This document shows, piece by piece, positions 24,897 to 36,252 of a stretch of DNA of 64,000 bases. Each line of letters begins with the position of its first letter. Position 1 is the first letter of the stretch. Made by a program: the position numbers and the translations under genes. Under the pieces are notes generated by a model. That model was not told the origin of the DNA, did no database searches, and saw nothing but the letters and a program-made list of their open reading frames with translations. Source of the stretch: an uncultured delta proteobacterium (GTDB lineage: Bacteria > Desulfobacterota > Desulfomonilia > UBA1062); contig CAWCTR010000007.1 of assembly GCA_963798485.1 (NCBI GenBank), forward strand, positions 32,001-96,000, read 5' to 3'.

Positions 24897-26198
24897 TTAC
24901 TCGCCTGCTGGTTTTGAGAGGAATTCAGCCAGTTCCGTGCGAGGAACCTTGGTCTGTATGCCGGTGGCGAAGTTCTTCACTGTAAGGATACCGGATTGAA
25001 GCTCGTCTTCGCCCAGGATGACGATCGCGTGCGCCGACTTGTCGGCGGCTTCAAACGATTTCTTCAGACGAAAACCGCCTTCCCCCAGCTCGATCCATAG
25101 TCCCTGGTGGCGTAATTCGCGGGCCAGGACCAACGCAGCGGGATTGAGATTCTCGCCGAGTGGCGCAATAAACGCGTCAGCCACCTGCGGTGGGGCAGCC
25201 CCTCGGTTAAGTTGGCTCAGAAGTGTCAGGACAAGCCTGTCTTCCCCCATGGCAAAGCCGATGCCCGGCGCCTTTGGCCCTCCGATGGCCTCGCTGAGAC
25301 CGTCGTAGCGCCCTCCGCCCAGCAGCGCATTCTGCGCGCCCAGGCCGCCGTGGGTGAATTCGAAGGTGGTGCGCGTGTAGTAGTCCAAGCCGCGCACCAA
25401 CCGGTGATTGCGAGTGTAGGGCACGCCCGCCGCGTGAAGAGCCGCCAACACCGCGGCGAAGTGCGCCTTCGAAGCTTCGTCGAGCGAATCGGCGATGACC
25501 GGCAGTTTCTCGATGATCGGCTGGTCCGCGGGAACCTTGCAGTCCAGCACGCGCAACGGATTTGTCACGGCGCGCCGCTGGCAATCCGCACACATCTGCC
25601 CAACCACGGGCTCGAGTGCAGCGCGCAGAGTGTCGTTATAGCGGGCGCGGTCGGCTGCAGACCCCACAGAATTCAGTTCCAGCGTCCAGCCTGTAATTCC
25701 AAGCTCGTCGAGCAGGGTCGCCAGCATCTCCAGCACTTCGGCGTCGCGCACCGGACTCTCACTGCCTGCCGAAGGAGGGCCCAGCACCTCCGCGCCGATC
25801 TGCGAAAACTGCCGGTAGCGTCCCTTTTGCGGCCGCTCACGCCGAAACTGCGGGCCAATGTAGTAAAGCTTTTGCAACTGGCCGGTCTCGCCTAGCTGGT
25901 GCTCGATGTACGCGCGCACTACGCCGGCCGTGTTCTCCGGTCGAAGGGTCAGCATCTGTGTCTTCTCTGACTGCGCCCGAGCGCGATCCTCCCAGGTGTA
26001 CATCTCCTTCGAGACGATGTCGGTTTCTTCGCCCACGCCGCGGGCAAACAGCGCCGTGTCCTCGAAAATGGGGGTGCGAATTTCGCCAAAGTTGTAGCGG
26101 GCAAAAACGGCGCGCGCCGTCGCCTCAATGCGGTTCCAGAGGGCGGTTTCCGGCGGCAAAAGGTCGCGCGTGCCGCGCACGGCTTTCAGTGTGGCCAT
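24897..26198 (-). CDS. hisS: histidine--tRNA ligase
   Basis: VRGTRD, LRPENTA, FRRERPQKGRYRQF.Q, LVRGLDYY, GGGRYDGL. Confidence 0.98.
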   Translation of the reverse strand: MATLKAVRGTRDLLPPETALWNRIEATARAVFARYNFGEIRTPIFEDTALFARGVGEETDIVSKEMYTWEDRARAQSEKTQMLTLRPENTAGVVRAYIEHQLGETGQLQKLYYIGPQFRRERPQKGRYRQFSQIGAEVLGPPSAGSESPVRDAEVLEMLATLLDELGITGWTLELNSVGSAADRARYNDTLRAALEPVVGQMCADCQRRAVTNPLRVLDCKVPADQPIIEKLPVIADSLDEASKAHFAAVLAALHAAGVPYTRNHRLVRGLDYYTRTTFEFTHGGLGAQNALLGGGRYDGLSEAIGGPKAPGIGFAMGEDRLVLTLLSQLNRGAAPPQVADAFIAPLGENLNPAALVLARELRHQGLWIELGEGGFRLKKSFEAADKSAHAIVILGEDELQSGILTVKNFATGIQTKVPRTELAEFLSKPAGE

Positions 26199-26262
26199 AA
26201 CTTATCTAGTTTAAATGGGCTGCTGGGCGGGGTCGACGAATGTGCGTGACCCTGCCCGAAAC

Positions 26263-27012
26263 CTACACTCCCAAAATCGAGTGCGCTAACTTCACCCACC
26301 ACGTGGAACTGCTCATCCATGTGTAGGTGACGACGGCTTGGACTGTGAACAATCCAGGCAGCGCGTTGATATAGACCCTATGCACGCGCCTGTTTACCAG
26401 AACATCGCGCAGGACGCCGAGGAGAATCACTCCATCCAGGCACGGGAAAAAGAGACCATGAAGGTAGAGATAGTCGAAGCGGCCAAAGGCTGCGTCGAGC
26501 AGTCCGCACGTGGCGATGAAGAGCAGCCGGCGGTGCAGTTCAGGTTTCCTGCGCCACAGAATCGCCAGCGAGAAGAAGATCCCAAACGCCAGCATGTCAA
26601 AGAACGGGACGATCAGAAAGGCATCTGCTCCCGGGATATGTTCCGCCGTGGTATCAAAGCGCCCCATCACGATGGAAGTGGTAATGCCGAGGGGCACCAT
26701 CACCGCACCCAGCGCGGCGCCGAACCAGCCGAAGAAGCGATGCCACTTCACGTTGTGCGTCCGCACGAGCGCCGACTGGAAGATGAAGAAACCGACCCAG
26801 CTGGTGAATGCAGCAGCATGGAACCAGAGAATCAGAGGCCGCGGAATCGATGGATGGAGCAGGTTGGCATCGATGGTAAGGCGGAAGCCCGACACCACGA
26901 TCCCCGCAATCAGCAGCGACATGGCGAAGTAGAAATATTTGTCGATGAGACCTTTAGGGCCTGTGATGGCGATCGGTCTCCCGGAGGCGACGCTTTGGGA
27001 AATTGAGCTCAT
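26263..27012 (-). CDS. hypothetical multi-pass membrane protein
   Basis: about 7 TM with conserved-looking H residues (FHAAAF, WHRFFG, LHRRLL); ATG 27012 with gagg RBS. Confidence 0.7.
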   Translation of the reverse strand: MSSISQSVASGRPIAITGPKGLIDKYFYFAMSLLIAGIVVSGFRLTIDANLLHPSIPRPLILWFHAAAFTSWVGFFIFQSALVRTHNVKWHRFFGWFGAALGAVMVPLGITTSIVMGRFDTTAEHIPGADAFLIVPFFDMLAFGIFFSLAILWRRKPELHRRLLFIATCGLLDAAFGRFDYLYLHGLFFPCLDGVILLGVLRDVLVNRRVHRVYINALPGLFTVQAVVTYTWMSSSTWWVKLAHSILGV

Positions 27013-27178
27013 GGTTTGACCTCGGTCGTTCGCGACAAAGGGAAAGCTTGAGGGTGGGGCGCAGGGGAAACTGCCAAAGTCTAGCACGGCAGTTTCTTGC
27101 ATTCAACGGAAATAGCGAGCGGGAAACGAAGGTTCAGCGTGGAGGCAGCGGATAGGCCATCAGCAGGTCCATTTGGGG

Positions 27179-27210
27179 TTGACAAGCATAACTGAACGGT
27201 CCAGTATCAT
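27179..27210 (+). promoter_or_regulatory. putative promoter with imperfect palindrome (probable TetR operator) upstream of the ABC/TetR operon
   Basis: TTGACA at 27179-27184; ACTGAAC-G-GTCCAGT near-palindrome at 27191-27205. Confidence 0.5.
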
Positions 27211-27226
27211 TTCTCTGGAGGCCGCA

Positions 27227-28021
27227 ATGATTCGAGTGCAGAATCTGGTGAAGACATTCGGCACATTCACCGCTGTCGACGAAGTTTCGTTCGAGGTGGC
27301 GGAGGGCGAGATCTTCGCCTTCCTTGGACCCAATGGGGCGGGCAAGACGACCACTATCAAGATGCTGACGACTCTGCTGCATCCCACCAGCGGATCGATC
27401 GAACTCGACGGGCTCAATCCCGCGACCAACCAGAATGAGGCGCGCCGCCGCTTCGGCATCGTATTTCAGGATCCCAGCCTGGACGGCGACCTGACTGCAT
27501 GGGAAAACATGGAGATCCACGGCGTTCTCTACCATGTCCCCCACAAAGTGAGGCACCAGCGGATTGAAGCACTAATGAAGCAGTTCGAGCTATGGGATCG
27601 GCGCAAGGACCAGGTAAAGAAATTCTCCGGCGGCATGAAGCGGAGGCTTGAAATTGCGCGCGGGTTTCTGCATACGCCCAAGATTCTATTTCTCGATGAA
27701 CCGACACTCGGACTTGATCCGCAGAGCCGCAACCAGCTTTGGACGCACGTAAAGAAAGTGAATGAGGCAGAGAAGACCACGGTCTTTCTAACCACGCACT
27801 ACATGGACGAGGCGGATCGCGTCGCACACCGAGTTGGCGTGATTGATCATGGGAAACTGGTTGCCGTGGGAACGCCCGCCGAGCTTAAGGAAAAAACGAA
27901 GACAGAAAGCCTGGAAGAAGCATTTCTGGCGCTGACCGGCTCGAGTATTCGCGACGAGAGCGCCGGCTCGGCAGACCAGATGCGTCAGTTTGCAAAGATG
28001 TGGAGCGGAGGCAAGCGATGA
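27227..28021 (+). CDS. ABC-2 (DrrA-like) transporter ATP-binding protein
   Basis: GPNGAGKTT, FSGGMKRR, LFLDEPT. Confidence 0.95.
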   Translation: MIRVQNLVKTFGTFTAVDEVSFEVAEGEIFAFLGPNGAGKTTTIKMLTTLLHPTSGSIELDGLNPATNQNEARRRFGIVFQDPSLDGDLTAWENMEIHGVLYHVPHKVRHQRIEALMKQFELWDRRKDQVKKFSGGMKRRLEIARGFLHTPKILFLDEPTLGLDPQSRNQLWTHVKKVNEAEKTTVFLTTHYMDEADRVAHRVGVIDHGKLVAVGTPAELKEKTKTESLEEAFLALTGSSIRDESAGSADQMRQFAKMWSGGKR

Positions 28022-28764
28022 GCGTGATTTATATCTTGTGGCTGAGAGAAATGAAGCGCTATCTGCGCTCGCGCGTGCAGATCGTGGCTAGCTTGGGGCA
28101 GCCGATCCTGTATCTGATCGTGCTCGGGTTTGGGCTCGGGCCGGTGTTTCAACGCGCGGGTAATGGCAACTATCTCCAGTTCGTATCGCCCGGCGTGATC
28201 GGCATGACGGTGCTCTTCTCGTCGATCTTTTCGGGGCTCGGCCTGCTCTGGGACCGCCAGTTCGGCTTCCTGAAAGAAACCCTGGTCGCCCCCGTTCCCC
28301 GCTTGCAGATCATGATTGGTCGCACCCTTGGTGGCGCGACAGTGGCTGTGGTGCAAGGGCTGCTGGTGACGATCGTCTGCGTCATTGCAGGGTTCCGGCC
28401 GGTTCATCTGGCTACGGTTCCTCTGGCTCTGGGCTTCATGCTGCTGATTGCCACAGTCTTTGCCGGCCTGGGCGTGGCAGTGGGTTCCAGCCTGCAGGAC
28501 ATGCAGGGATTCCAGCTCATCATGAACTTTCTGGTGATGCCCCTCTTCTTTCTCTCTGGCGCACTTTTTCCGCTGGATGGATTGCCGAAGGCCCTCACAG
28601 CCGCAACCATGGTGGACCCTCTTTCCTACGGCGTCGACGGCATGCGAGCGATTCTGCTTGGACGGGCGCATTACGGCGCCATTATCGACTTCGAGGTAAT
28701 GGTTGTGATCGCAGCAGCCTTCATCCTGCTCGGTGCGTACCGTTTCTCAAAGATAGAGATCTAG
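28018..28764 (+). CDS. ABC-2 (DrrB-like) permease
   Basis: DRQFGFLKETLVAP, PLFFLSGALFP, PLSYGVDGMR; ATGA overlap with the ATPase gene. Confidence 0.93.
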   Translation: MSVIYILWLREMKRYLRSRVQIVASLGQPILYLIVLGFGLGPVFQRAGNGNYLQFVSPGVIGMTVLFSSIFSGLGLLWDRQFGFLKETLVAPVPRLQIMIGRTLGGATVAVVQGLLVTIVCVIAGFRPVHLATVPLALGFMLLIATVFAGLGVAVGSSLQDMQGFQLIMNFLVMPLFFLSGALFPLDGLPKALTAATMVDPLSYGVDGMRAILLGRAHYGAIIDFEVMVVIAAAFILLGAYRFSKIEI

Positions 28765-28767
28765 ACG

Positions 28768-29403
28768 ATGACCCGACCACGCAGCAAGGAAGCTCATGAA
28801 CGTGTGTTGCACGCCGCACTCAAGCTGTTCGGCGAGCGGGGCATTGACGCCACCAGCATGGACGCAATTGCTCATACCTCCGGCGTGAGCAAGGCGACAA
28901 TGTACAACCACTGGACGAGCAAGGAAGTCCTGCTGATGGACGTGATGCTGATGGTGAACGGTCTGGATCGCGATCCCGAGGACGTTGACTCTGGAGACCT
29001 GTGCCTTGACCTGGCGACCGTGCTTAGCCGCAGGCCGCCAGATCAGTTCGATTCCGCGCGGGAGCGGATGATGCCAACGATGATTGCGTACTCGGCGGTG
29101 CATCACGAGTTTGGCGAGGCATGGAGGCATCGTGTAATGGAGCCGACGCGCACCTGCCTGCGTCGCATTCTGCGGCGCGGCATCAACCGTGGCCTGCTCC
29201 CGGCGACACTCGACGCGGAGGCCGGCATTGTGCTTCTGCTGGGCCCTATGATCTATGGCCACGTCTTCCATCGAGAGGTGGCAAAGCGGCCATTCGATTT
29301 TGGGAAGCTGGCAGCGGAGTCCTTCTGGCGCGCGTATCGAGTGGAAGGTGAAAGCGGAAGAAAGATTGGTCGATCGAAACGCGCTCATGCGGAGCCACGC
29401 TAA
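28768..29403 (+). CDS. TetR/AcrR-family regulator
   Basis: HTH: ALKLFGERGIDATSMDAIAHTSGVSKATMYNHW..KE. Confidence 0.93.
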   Translation: MTRPRSKEAHERVLHAALKLFGERGIDATSMDAIAHTSGVSKATMYNHWTSKEVLLMDVMLMVNGLDRDPEDVDSGDLCLDLATVLSRRPPDQFDSARERMMPTMIAYSAVHHEFGEAWRHRVMEPTRTCLRRILRRGINRGLLPATLDAEAGIVLLLGPMIYGHVFHREVAKRPFDFGKLAAESFWRAYRVEGESGRKIGRSKRAHAEPR

Positions 29404-29441
29404 GGCTGCATCTTTGCGTCGAACCACGTATCCTATCTGCC

Positions 29442-30470
<1,029 letters not shown>

Positions 30471-30510
30471 GAGATTCATGAATCGTCGGATACCCGGCGC
30501 CTCTTGTTCC

Positions 30511-31440
30511 TCAATACTCCTCGTCCCCGCGCGCGACGAACCTGTGCCGATGGCGAAAAATGTAACGGCCAACGAGCCATCCGGCAGCAGATCCGACCAG
30601 CACGTCTGACGGGAAGTGCTGCTGGCCCAGAATGCGCGTAACGCTCACGCCGGCCGCCGCGGAATAAATGAACAACTGCGACCAGCGGGAAGGGTACTCT
30701 CCAGCGAGCACGGCCGCGGCCGACCAGGCAACAACGTTGTGCGATGACGGGAACGAAGAGTCAATTCCCGCGTCCGACTCAAAGAAATGCCCTCTGGCGC
30801 CGTCCTGGTTGGGCCGCTCGCGCCAGAAAATCAGCTTCATTCCCTGTTCCACGACCACGCTGTCAAGCATGGCTTCGCCGGTCAGGATGCCGGCCTCTGT
30901 TGCATGCGGATCCTGCTTGAAATGGCCCAGCCCATACAGTGCCACCGGCGTCGCAATAAAACCGCCGATCAGCATGTTCGATGCATCCGTGCTGTGCTGG
31001 TTCAGGCTTGCATTGATCGGCACCGCTTGCGTCATGGCGCGCGTGTCTGTTGCCATGGCCGCTCCGGTCGCAACGGCGAGCGGCAGAAGAAACTTCATGT
31101 CATCGCCGCTGATGCGGAACGGGCTGCTCCAGATGCCGCCCTGATCGTGCAGCAGATGCAGCGGCGTGTTGCGGAGTGTTACTGCGTCCGAGCCGTCGGT
31201 CCGGCCGCTCCGGATCTGACTGGTCTCAGAGGCCTGCGGCTGCGGAGCGTCGGGAACTTGCGCTGCGTCGCTGTCTTTCGCCGCTGCCTGCGCCTCGGCT
31301 GCGGCGCAGAGCGTAAACATTACAACGAATGCGAGCGCACCCCGCAAGCTGGACCGCTTGCGTTGGAAAAGCCTGAGTGCGAGGATCGCCAGCTTGCTTG
31401 AAATGGCCCACTCCAGAACTTGGATTTTGACTTCGAACAT
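30511..31440 (-). CDS. PAP2-family phosphatase, exported (true start probably downstream of 31440)
   Basis: K...RERP, SFPSSH, TRILGQQHFPSDV. Confidence 0.88.
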   Translation of the reverse strand: MFEVKIQVLEWAISSKLAILALRLFQRKRSSLRGALAFVVMFTLCAAAEAQAAAKDSDAAQVPDAPQPQASETSQIRSGRTDGSDAVTLRNTPLHLLHDQGGIWSSPFRISGDDMKFLLPLAVATGAAMATDTRAMTQAVPINASLNQHSTDASNMLIGGFIATPVALYGLGHFKQDPHATEAGILTGEAMLDSVVVEQGMKLIFWRERPNQDGARGHFFESDAGIDSSFPSSHNVVAWSAAAVLAGEYPSRWSQLFIYSAAAGVSVTRILGQQHFPSDVLVGSAAGWLVGRYIFRHRHRFVARGDEEY

Positions 31441-31493
31441 GAATAATTCTATGCGAGTGCACTCCGTGCGGCTGTCATCTGGCCGTCATCTCG

Positions 31494-32012
31494 TCAGCCT
31501 TGCGGTTCCTGCAGGTAGATCTCAACGTAGTCAAGGTAGTTCTTCGCGTATTCGCGAATCAGTTCGTAGTCCTTGTCGGTAATGTCGCGGCGCATTTTGG
31601 CGGGAACGCCAGCCCAGAGAGTGCGCGGCGGAACAATCGTGCCCTCGGCAACAACCGATCCCGCGGCAATGATGGAACCTGCGCCGATGCGGGAGTTGTT
31701 CAGCACGCGGGCGCCCATGCCGATGACCACCATGTCTTCCACGGTACAGCCATGGACGGTGGCGTTGTGTCCAATCGTCACCCAGTCACCGACGATCACG
31801 GGATAAAGGTTGCGCTGACCATGCAGAACCGCGCAGTCCTGCACATTGGAGCAGGCGCCCAGGCGGATCGAGTTGACGTCGCCTCGCAGAACGGCATTCA
31901 TCCACACCGAGGAGCGATCACCGACGATCACGTCCCCGATCAATTGGGCAGAGACGTCAATGTAACAACTTGGGGGAAACTGGGGCCGGTGTCCCTGGTA
32001 GGTGCGAATCAT
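31494..32012 (-). CDS. gamma carbonic anhydrase family (YrdA-like) protein
   Basis: IGDV, VLRGDVN, NVQD.AVLH, TIGHNATVHGC hexapeptide repeats. Confidence 0.92.
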   Translation of the reverse strand: MIRTYQGHRPQFPPSCYIDVSAQLIGDVIVGDRSSVWMNAVLRGDVNSIRLGACSNVQDCAVLHGQRNLYPVIVGDWVTIGHNATVHGCTVEDMVVIGMGARVLNNSRIGAGSIIAAGSVVAEGTIVPPRTLWAGVPAKMRRDITDKDYELIREYAKNYLDYVEIYLQEPQG

Positions 32013-32261
32013 GACAGTGAAACCTCCGCTGTGGGCGCGGAACTCCCACATAATGAGTCTAATAGAGGAACAGGCCCATTCGCGAAAAAGCTTGTCGATC
32101 GACCGGCCTGCCCGCTCCAGCGCACAGATTTCCCGAAATTGTCTGCAATACGAAACCGAATGGACCCTCCAACTGGCGCCATCCAGGGCGGACCCGTAGC
32201 CTAAATTCCCTATTTCGAGTATCCTAGAAGAGCCACATGGCGGGTTTGGAGGTGGGATTTT

Positions 32262-32459
32262 TTGGCAGAAGTTCGTGTTCAGGAAGGCGAACCCCTCGAG
32301 AACGCGCTTCGCCGGTTCAAGCGTAAGGTGCAGCAGGAAGACATCATCAAGGAAGTCAAGCGTCACTCCTACTACCTCAAGCCCGGTGAGAAGCGTCGCG
32401 TCAAGGCAGCTTTGGCGCGCAAGCGGAATCGCAAGAAGGCTCGTAAAGAGCAGGATTAA
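32262..32459 (+). CDS. rpsU: 30S ribosomal protein S21
   Basis: EPLENALRRFKRKVQ..IIKEVKRHSYYLKPGEKRR; strong RBS ggaggtg. Confidence 0.96.
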   Translation: MAEVRVQEGEPLENALRRFKRKVQQEDIIKEVKRHSYYLKPGEKRRVKAALARKRNRKKARKEQD

Positions 32460-32772
32460 GTTTTTAACCAATTGCGGCACGGATAGTCCCGGCGGCTCCC
32501 GCCTCAACAAGGCAGGAGCCAACGAGAAGTTCAAACATTTCCGGGATTCCTGCCGCGATTACATCTTTTGTTGAGTCACTTAGTTTTCTCAGAATGCATT
32601 CATGACCTACAGTTCTGGCGACTGATCGGCTAGACATTTCATCGCCGCTCCTTTTTAGCGCGGCCCGGGCCCTTGTTGTGTATCACGAACGGATACAGGG
32701 AACCGGGACCGGCACGTCTCTTTTGAGCCATGTCCGATTTCGGCGCAAGTCCCTGTTCCAGGGAAGCCGGCC

Positions 32773-33075
32773 ATGGAATTCACTGATCGTATTCTGAAGT
32801 GCATTGACTGCGGCTCCGAGTTTGTATTTACAGCGGGTGAGCAGGTCTTTTTCAACGACAAACAGTTCAAGAACGACCCCAAGCGCTGCAAGCAGTGCAA
32901 GGCGAAGCGCGTCCGTGGCAACCAGAAGGTCCGCCCGGAGACGCGCACCACCTGCTCTGAGTGCAGTGCTGAGACAACGGTTCCGTTCAAGCCCACGCAG
33001 GGCAGGCCCGTGCTCTGTCGAACCTGCTTCCAGAAGCATGGAAAGCTGATCGGTGCTCCAGAGCCGGGCGATTAG
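32773..33075 (+). CDS. zinc-ribbon / CxxC-x17-CxxC domain protein
   Basis: D..LKCIDCGSEFVFTAGEQ.FF..K.FKN.PKRC..CK and CSECS...VPFKP..GRPVLC..CF. Confidence 0.92.
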   Translation: MEFTDRILKCIDCGSEFVFTAGEQVFFNDKQFKNDPKRCKQCKAKRVRGNQKVRPETRTTCSECSAETTVPFKPTQGRPVLCRTCFQKHGKLIGAPEPGD

Positions 33076-33101
33076 AGCGACTCAAACGGGCCAACTGGGC
33101 T

Positions 33102-33599
33102 TTATTTCAGCCCCATGCTGAACAGCAGGTCGCCCCTGAATCCCGAGGGGAACCCAGCCTGCCGAACTAGTGTGGTCAGTTGCGCCCAATGTCGTTGGCT
33201 GTGGAAGAGCGCATGCGCAGCGATTTTGCGCCGCGAAACGGACCGTGCCTCCACCGGGACCCAGTCAAACTCAAGCACATAAGGCTTGGTCCAGTCCTCC
33301 TCAGCAGCAGCCAGCAAGTTCCTGTAAACCGTCATGGCCCGCGTGTGCAGAGCGAACAGCGCATCCAGCGGCCCTTCCGGCAACTCCTCCTTGGTTATGA
33401 CGGGCAGACCTGCCAGGCGCTGGGTCCAGCGTAGTTCCGCGGTCCAGATATGCCGCACAAACTCCTGCACGTTTTTGGCAGGGCCAATGTCGCAGGGCAA
33501 GGCGAGCAGGTTCGGGTTGGCTTCCAGTTGGGCTTTCCAGTAGCGGGCGGCTTCATCGTTCCAGGCCAGCAGTTCCTCAAGTGCGATTCCAACACTCAT
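33102..33599 (-). CDS. DinB-family protein
   Basis: HIWTAELRW and HALFHSQRHWAQL metal-binding His pattern. Confidence 0.85.
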   Translation of the reverse strand: MSVGIALEELLAWNDEAARYWKAQLEANPNLLALPCDIGPAKNVQEFVRHIWTAELRWTQRLAGLPVITKEELPEGPLDALFALHTRAMTVYRNLLAAAEEDWTKPYVLEFDWVPVEARSVSRRKIAAHALFHSQRHWAQLTTLVRQAGFPSGFRGDLLFSMGLK

Positions 33600-33633
33600 A
33601 GCTTCTCCTGTCCCATGGCCTCCTTGTCGAGAA

Positions 33634-34911
33634 TCAGTTCTTCAGCTTCAGGGCGCGGTGGCCAATGTCTCGCCGGTAGTACATTCCTTCAAAATGAATC
33701 TCGGCCATGGCCTGATACGCGCGCGCCAATGCCTCTTTCAGCGAGTCACCTGCCGCCGTTATTCCCAGCACGCGCCCCCCGGCTGTGTGCAGCTTGCCCC
33801 CCACCAGCGTCGTGCCCGAATGGAATACCTGCACGCCGGGCACTTGCGCCGCCGTCCCTAGGCCGAGGATCGGCAAGCCAGTCGAGTAGCTCCCCGGATA
33901 GCCACCCGAACTCGCGATCACGCATGCTGAAGCGCCGTGATTCCAGCTGAGCTGGGTCTGGGCCAGCCGGCCGTCGATTGCGGCTTCAAGAGCATCCACC
34001 AGGTCGCTGTTCAGCCGCACCAGGAGGGCCTGCGTTTCGGGATCGCCAAACCGTGCGTTGAACTCCAGCACCTGCGGCCCCCGCGCGGTCATCATCAATC
34101 CGATGTAGAGCACGCCGGCAAACGGAGTCCCTTCCTCCGCCATGCCTTGAATCGTTGGCTCGGCAATATGCTTCAGGATCCATTCCGTCATGCCGGGTTC
34201 CAGCAGCTCGTCGGTCGAGTAAACGCCCATCCCCCCGGTGTTCGGGCCGGTGTCGCCCTCGCCGACGCGCTTGTGATCCTGGGCAGGAACCAGCGGCACC
34301 ACGCTCGTTCCGTCGCTCAGGCAAAGGAAGCTCACCTCATCGCCCTCGAGGAACTCTTCGATCACAACCTGTTCCGCCGCCTCACCTAGAAGCTCGCCTG
34401 AGAATAGCCCCTGGGCAGCCTCTTGAGCGGTATGCCGCGAGCTGCAGATGATCACTCCCTTGCCCGCGGCCAGGCCATCGGCCTTCACGACAATCGGCGC
34501 GTGAAAATAGTCGATTGCCTTTTCCACCTCGGCAGCGCTTGAGCAAACGGCAAAATTGCCCGTGGGGATTTTGTGGCGCTGCAGAAATTGTTTTGCAAAT
34601 CCCTTGCTGGTCTCAAGCATAGCGGCGGCGCGCGTGGGGCCGAAGACTCGCAGACCCCGCTCCTCGAGCGCGTCCACAATTCCCAGTGAGAGCGGCAGCT
34701 CCGGTCCAACAATGGTCAGGCCGGGCTGCTCCGCCTCAGCCAGCCGCACCGTGGCCTCCACATCTTTCAGGTTTGCGGGCACGCATCTTGCAACCTGCGC
34801 GATGCCGCCATTTCCGGGCGCGCAAACCACCTCAGTTACGCGCTCACTCCGCTTTACCGCCCATGCAAGCGCATGTTCGCGGCCTCCGGAACCAAGGATC
34901 AAGACTTTCAT
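33634..34911 (-). CDS. purD: phosphoribosylamine--glycine ligase
   Basis: MKVLILGSGGREHALAW, APGNGG, VKADGLAAGKGV, QDHKR..GDTGPNTGGMG, EFNARFGDPE. Confidence 0.98.
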   Translation of the reverse strand: MKVLILGSGGREHALAWAVKRSERVTEVVCAPGNGGIAQVARCVPANLKDVEATVRLAEAEQPGLTIVGPELPLSLGIVDALEERGLRVFGPTRAAAMLETSKGFAKQFLQRHKIPTGNFAVCSSAAEVEKAIDYFHAPIVVKADGLAAGKGVIICSSRHTAQEAAQGLFSGELLGEAAEQVVIEEFLEGDEVSFLCLSDGTSVVPLVPAQDHKRVGEGDTGPNTGGMGVYSTDELLEPGMTEWILKHIAEPTIQGMAEEGTPFAGVLYIGLMMTARGPQVLEFNARFGDPETQALLVRLNSDLVDALEAAIDGRLAQTQLSWNHGASACVIASSGGYPGSYSTGLPILGLGTAAQVPGVQVFHSGTTLVGGKLHTAGGRVLGITAAGDSLKEALARAYQAMAEIHFEGMYYRRDIGHRALKLKN

Positions 34912-35101
34912 GAAGAATGCCCCTTCCAAACGGGCTTGACTCATGCCCAAAAGTTAATGGTCGGCAATGCGGGGGGTGCAAGTCAAACGGTCGCGTAAAT
35001 AGGGCAATCCGCGCTTCCCCCAAATCCAATCTGCCCTCCCCTATACTTGTGCGTGGTGGACCCGCGCCTGGCGGTTCACCGTGAATCCAGCGAGACCCAG
35101 C

Positions 35102-35290
35102 ATGGTTGAAACCCGCATCAAGCCGTATAACGAACAGGTTGCTGAACAGGAACGGCGAGCACAGCAGCAGCGGACTTATCGTCGAAATCAGGTTCTTGGA
35201 CTTATCCTCGTGGCCGCCGTGATTCTCGCATGGGCTCTGCACCACACAAATCCGTCGTGGATCTTTCCGATCGGCTGGTGGCGCCCGTGA
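35102..35290 (+). CDS. small single-TM hypothetical protein, coupled to miaA
   Basis: basic stretch then one TM and WIFPIGWWRP; its stop overlaps the miaA GTG (GTGA). Confidence 0.55.
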   Translation: MVETRIKPYNEQVAEQERRAQQQRTYRRNQVLGLILVAAVILAWALHHTNPSWIFPIGWWRP

Positions 35291-36252
35291 GTCCTTCGCG
35301 GACGGCGAAAGGCGGCTTCACCGCGCAGGACCATACAACGGCGCCTTTGGCTGTAATCCTGCTCGGCCCAACGGGCAGCGGTAAAACTGCGCTCTCGCTT
35401 GCGCTCGGCGAGCAATTCGCTGGTGAAATTGTCAGTTGCGACTCCGTGGCTGTCTATCGCGGCATGGATCTGGGCTCAGCCAAACCCACAGCGGAAGACC
35501 GTTCGCGCTTGCCCCATCACCTTATCGACATCGCCGATCCCGACCAGCCGTTCACCGCCGGAGACTACAGCCGCCTCGCGCGTACGGTCCTGCGCGAAAT
35601 CATTGCGCGTGACCACCTACCCATCGTCACTGGCGGAACGGGCCTTTATCTGCGCGCTCTCACAGATGGCCTCTTTGCCGGGCCTCAGCGCCAACTAAAA
35701 CTGCGTCAGCGCCTGGAAGCGGCTAAGCAGCGTCACGGCGAGGGCTGGCTCCATCGCCTCCTCACCAAGCTGGACCCGGTCTCGGCAGCACGCATCCACG
35801 CCAACGACTCACCCAAGCTAATTCGCGCCATCGAAGTCTGCCTTGCAGGCCGCAAGCCCATGTCGCAGGTCCTCGCGCGCGACCCGCTCACAGGCTTTCG
35901 GCTCCTGCGCATCGGGCTAAATCCACCTCGGCAGGATCTCTATGGCCGCCTCAACCGCCGCTGCGCCCGGATGTTTGCCGCAGGCCTTGTCGAAGAAACT
36001 CGCGGATTGTTTGAGCGTTTCGGCGCGGTAAAGGCACTCGACTCACTCGGCTACCGGCAAGCAATGGCCGTTCTGTCTGCAGGTTCCAGCATGGAAGACG
36101 CGATCAAAGCCGCGCAGCAAGGCCACCGCAACTACGCCAAGCGCCAGCTCACCTGGTTTCGCCGCGAGCCCCACGTCCACTGGGTTACCGCCTTCGGCAA
36201 CGACCCCGACGCCATGCAAGCCGCCGCCGCCTTGATTGAAGCCGCCCTCTAG
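35287..36252 (+). CDS. miaA: tRNA dimethylallyltransferase
   Basis: GPTGSGKT, DSVAVYRGMDLGSAKP, PHHLIDI, GGTGLY, RNYAKRQLTWFR. Confidence 0.97.
   Translation: MSPSRTAKGGFTAQDHTTAPLAVILLGPTGSGKTALSLALGEQFAGEIVSCDSVAVYRGMDLGSAKPTAEDRSRLPHHLIDIADPDQPFTAGDYSRLARTVLREIIARDHLPIVTGGTGLYLRALTDGLFAGPQRQLKLRQRLEAAKQRHGEGWLHRLLTKLDPVSAARIHANDSPKLIRAIEVCLAGRKPMSQVLARDPLTGFRLLRIGLNPPRQDLYGRLNRRCARMFAAGLVEETRGLFERFGAVKALDSLGYRQAMAVLSAGSSMEDAIKAAQQGHRNYAKRQLTWFRREPHVHWVTAFGNDPDAMQAAAALIEAAL

Noticed and set aside
32683-33039. Antisense ORFs over the zinc-ribbon gene, and similar long shadow ORFs over rpsU, lipA, aspS, thrS and mdtB
   Set aside because: These are opposite-strand shadows of real genes in GC-rich DNA, with no recognisable domains.
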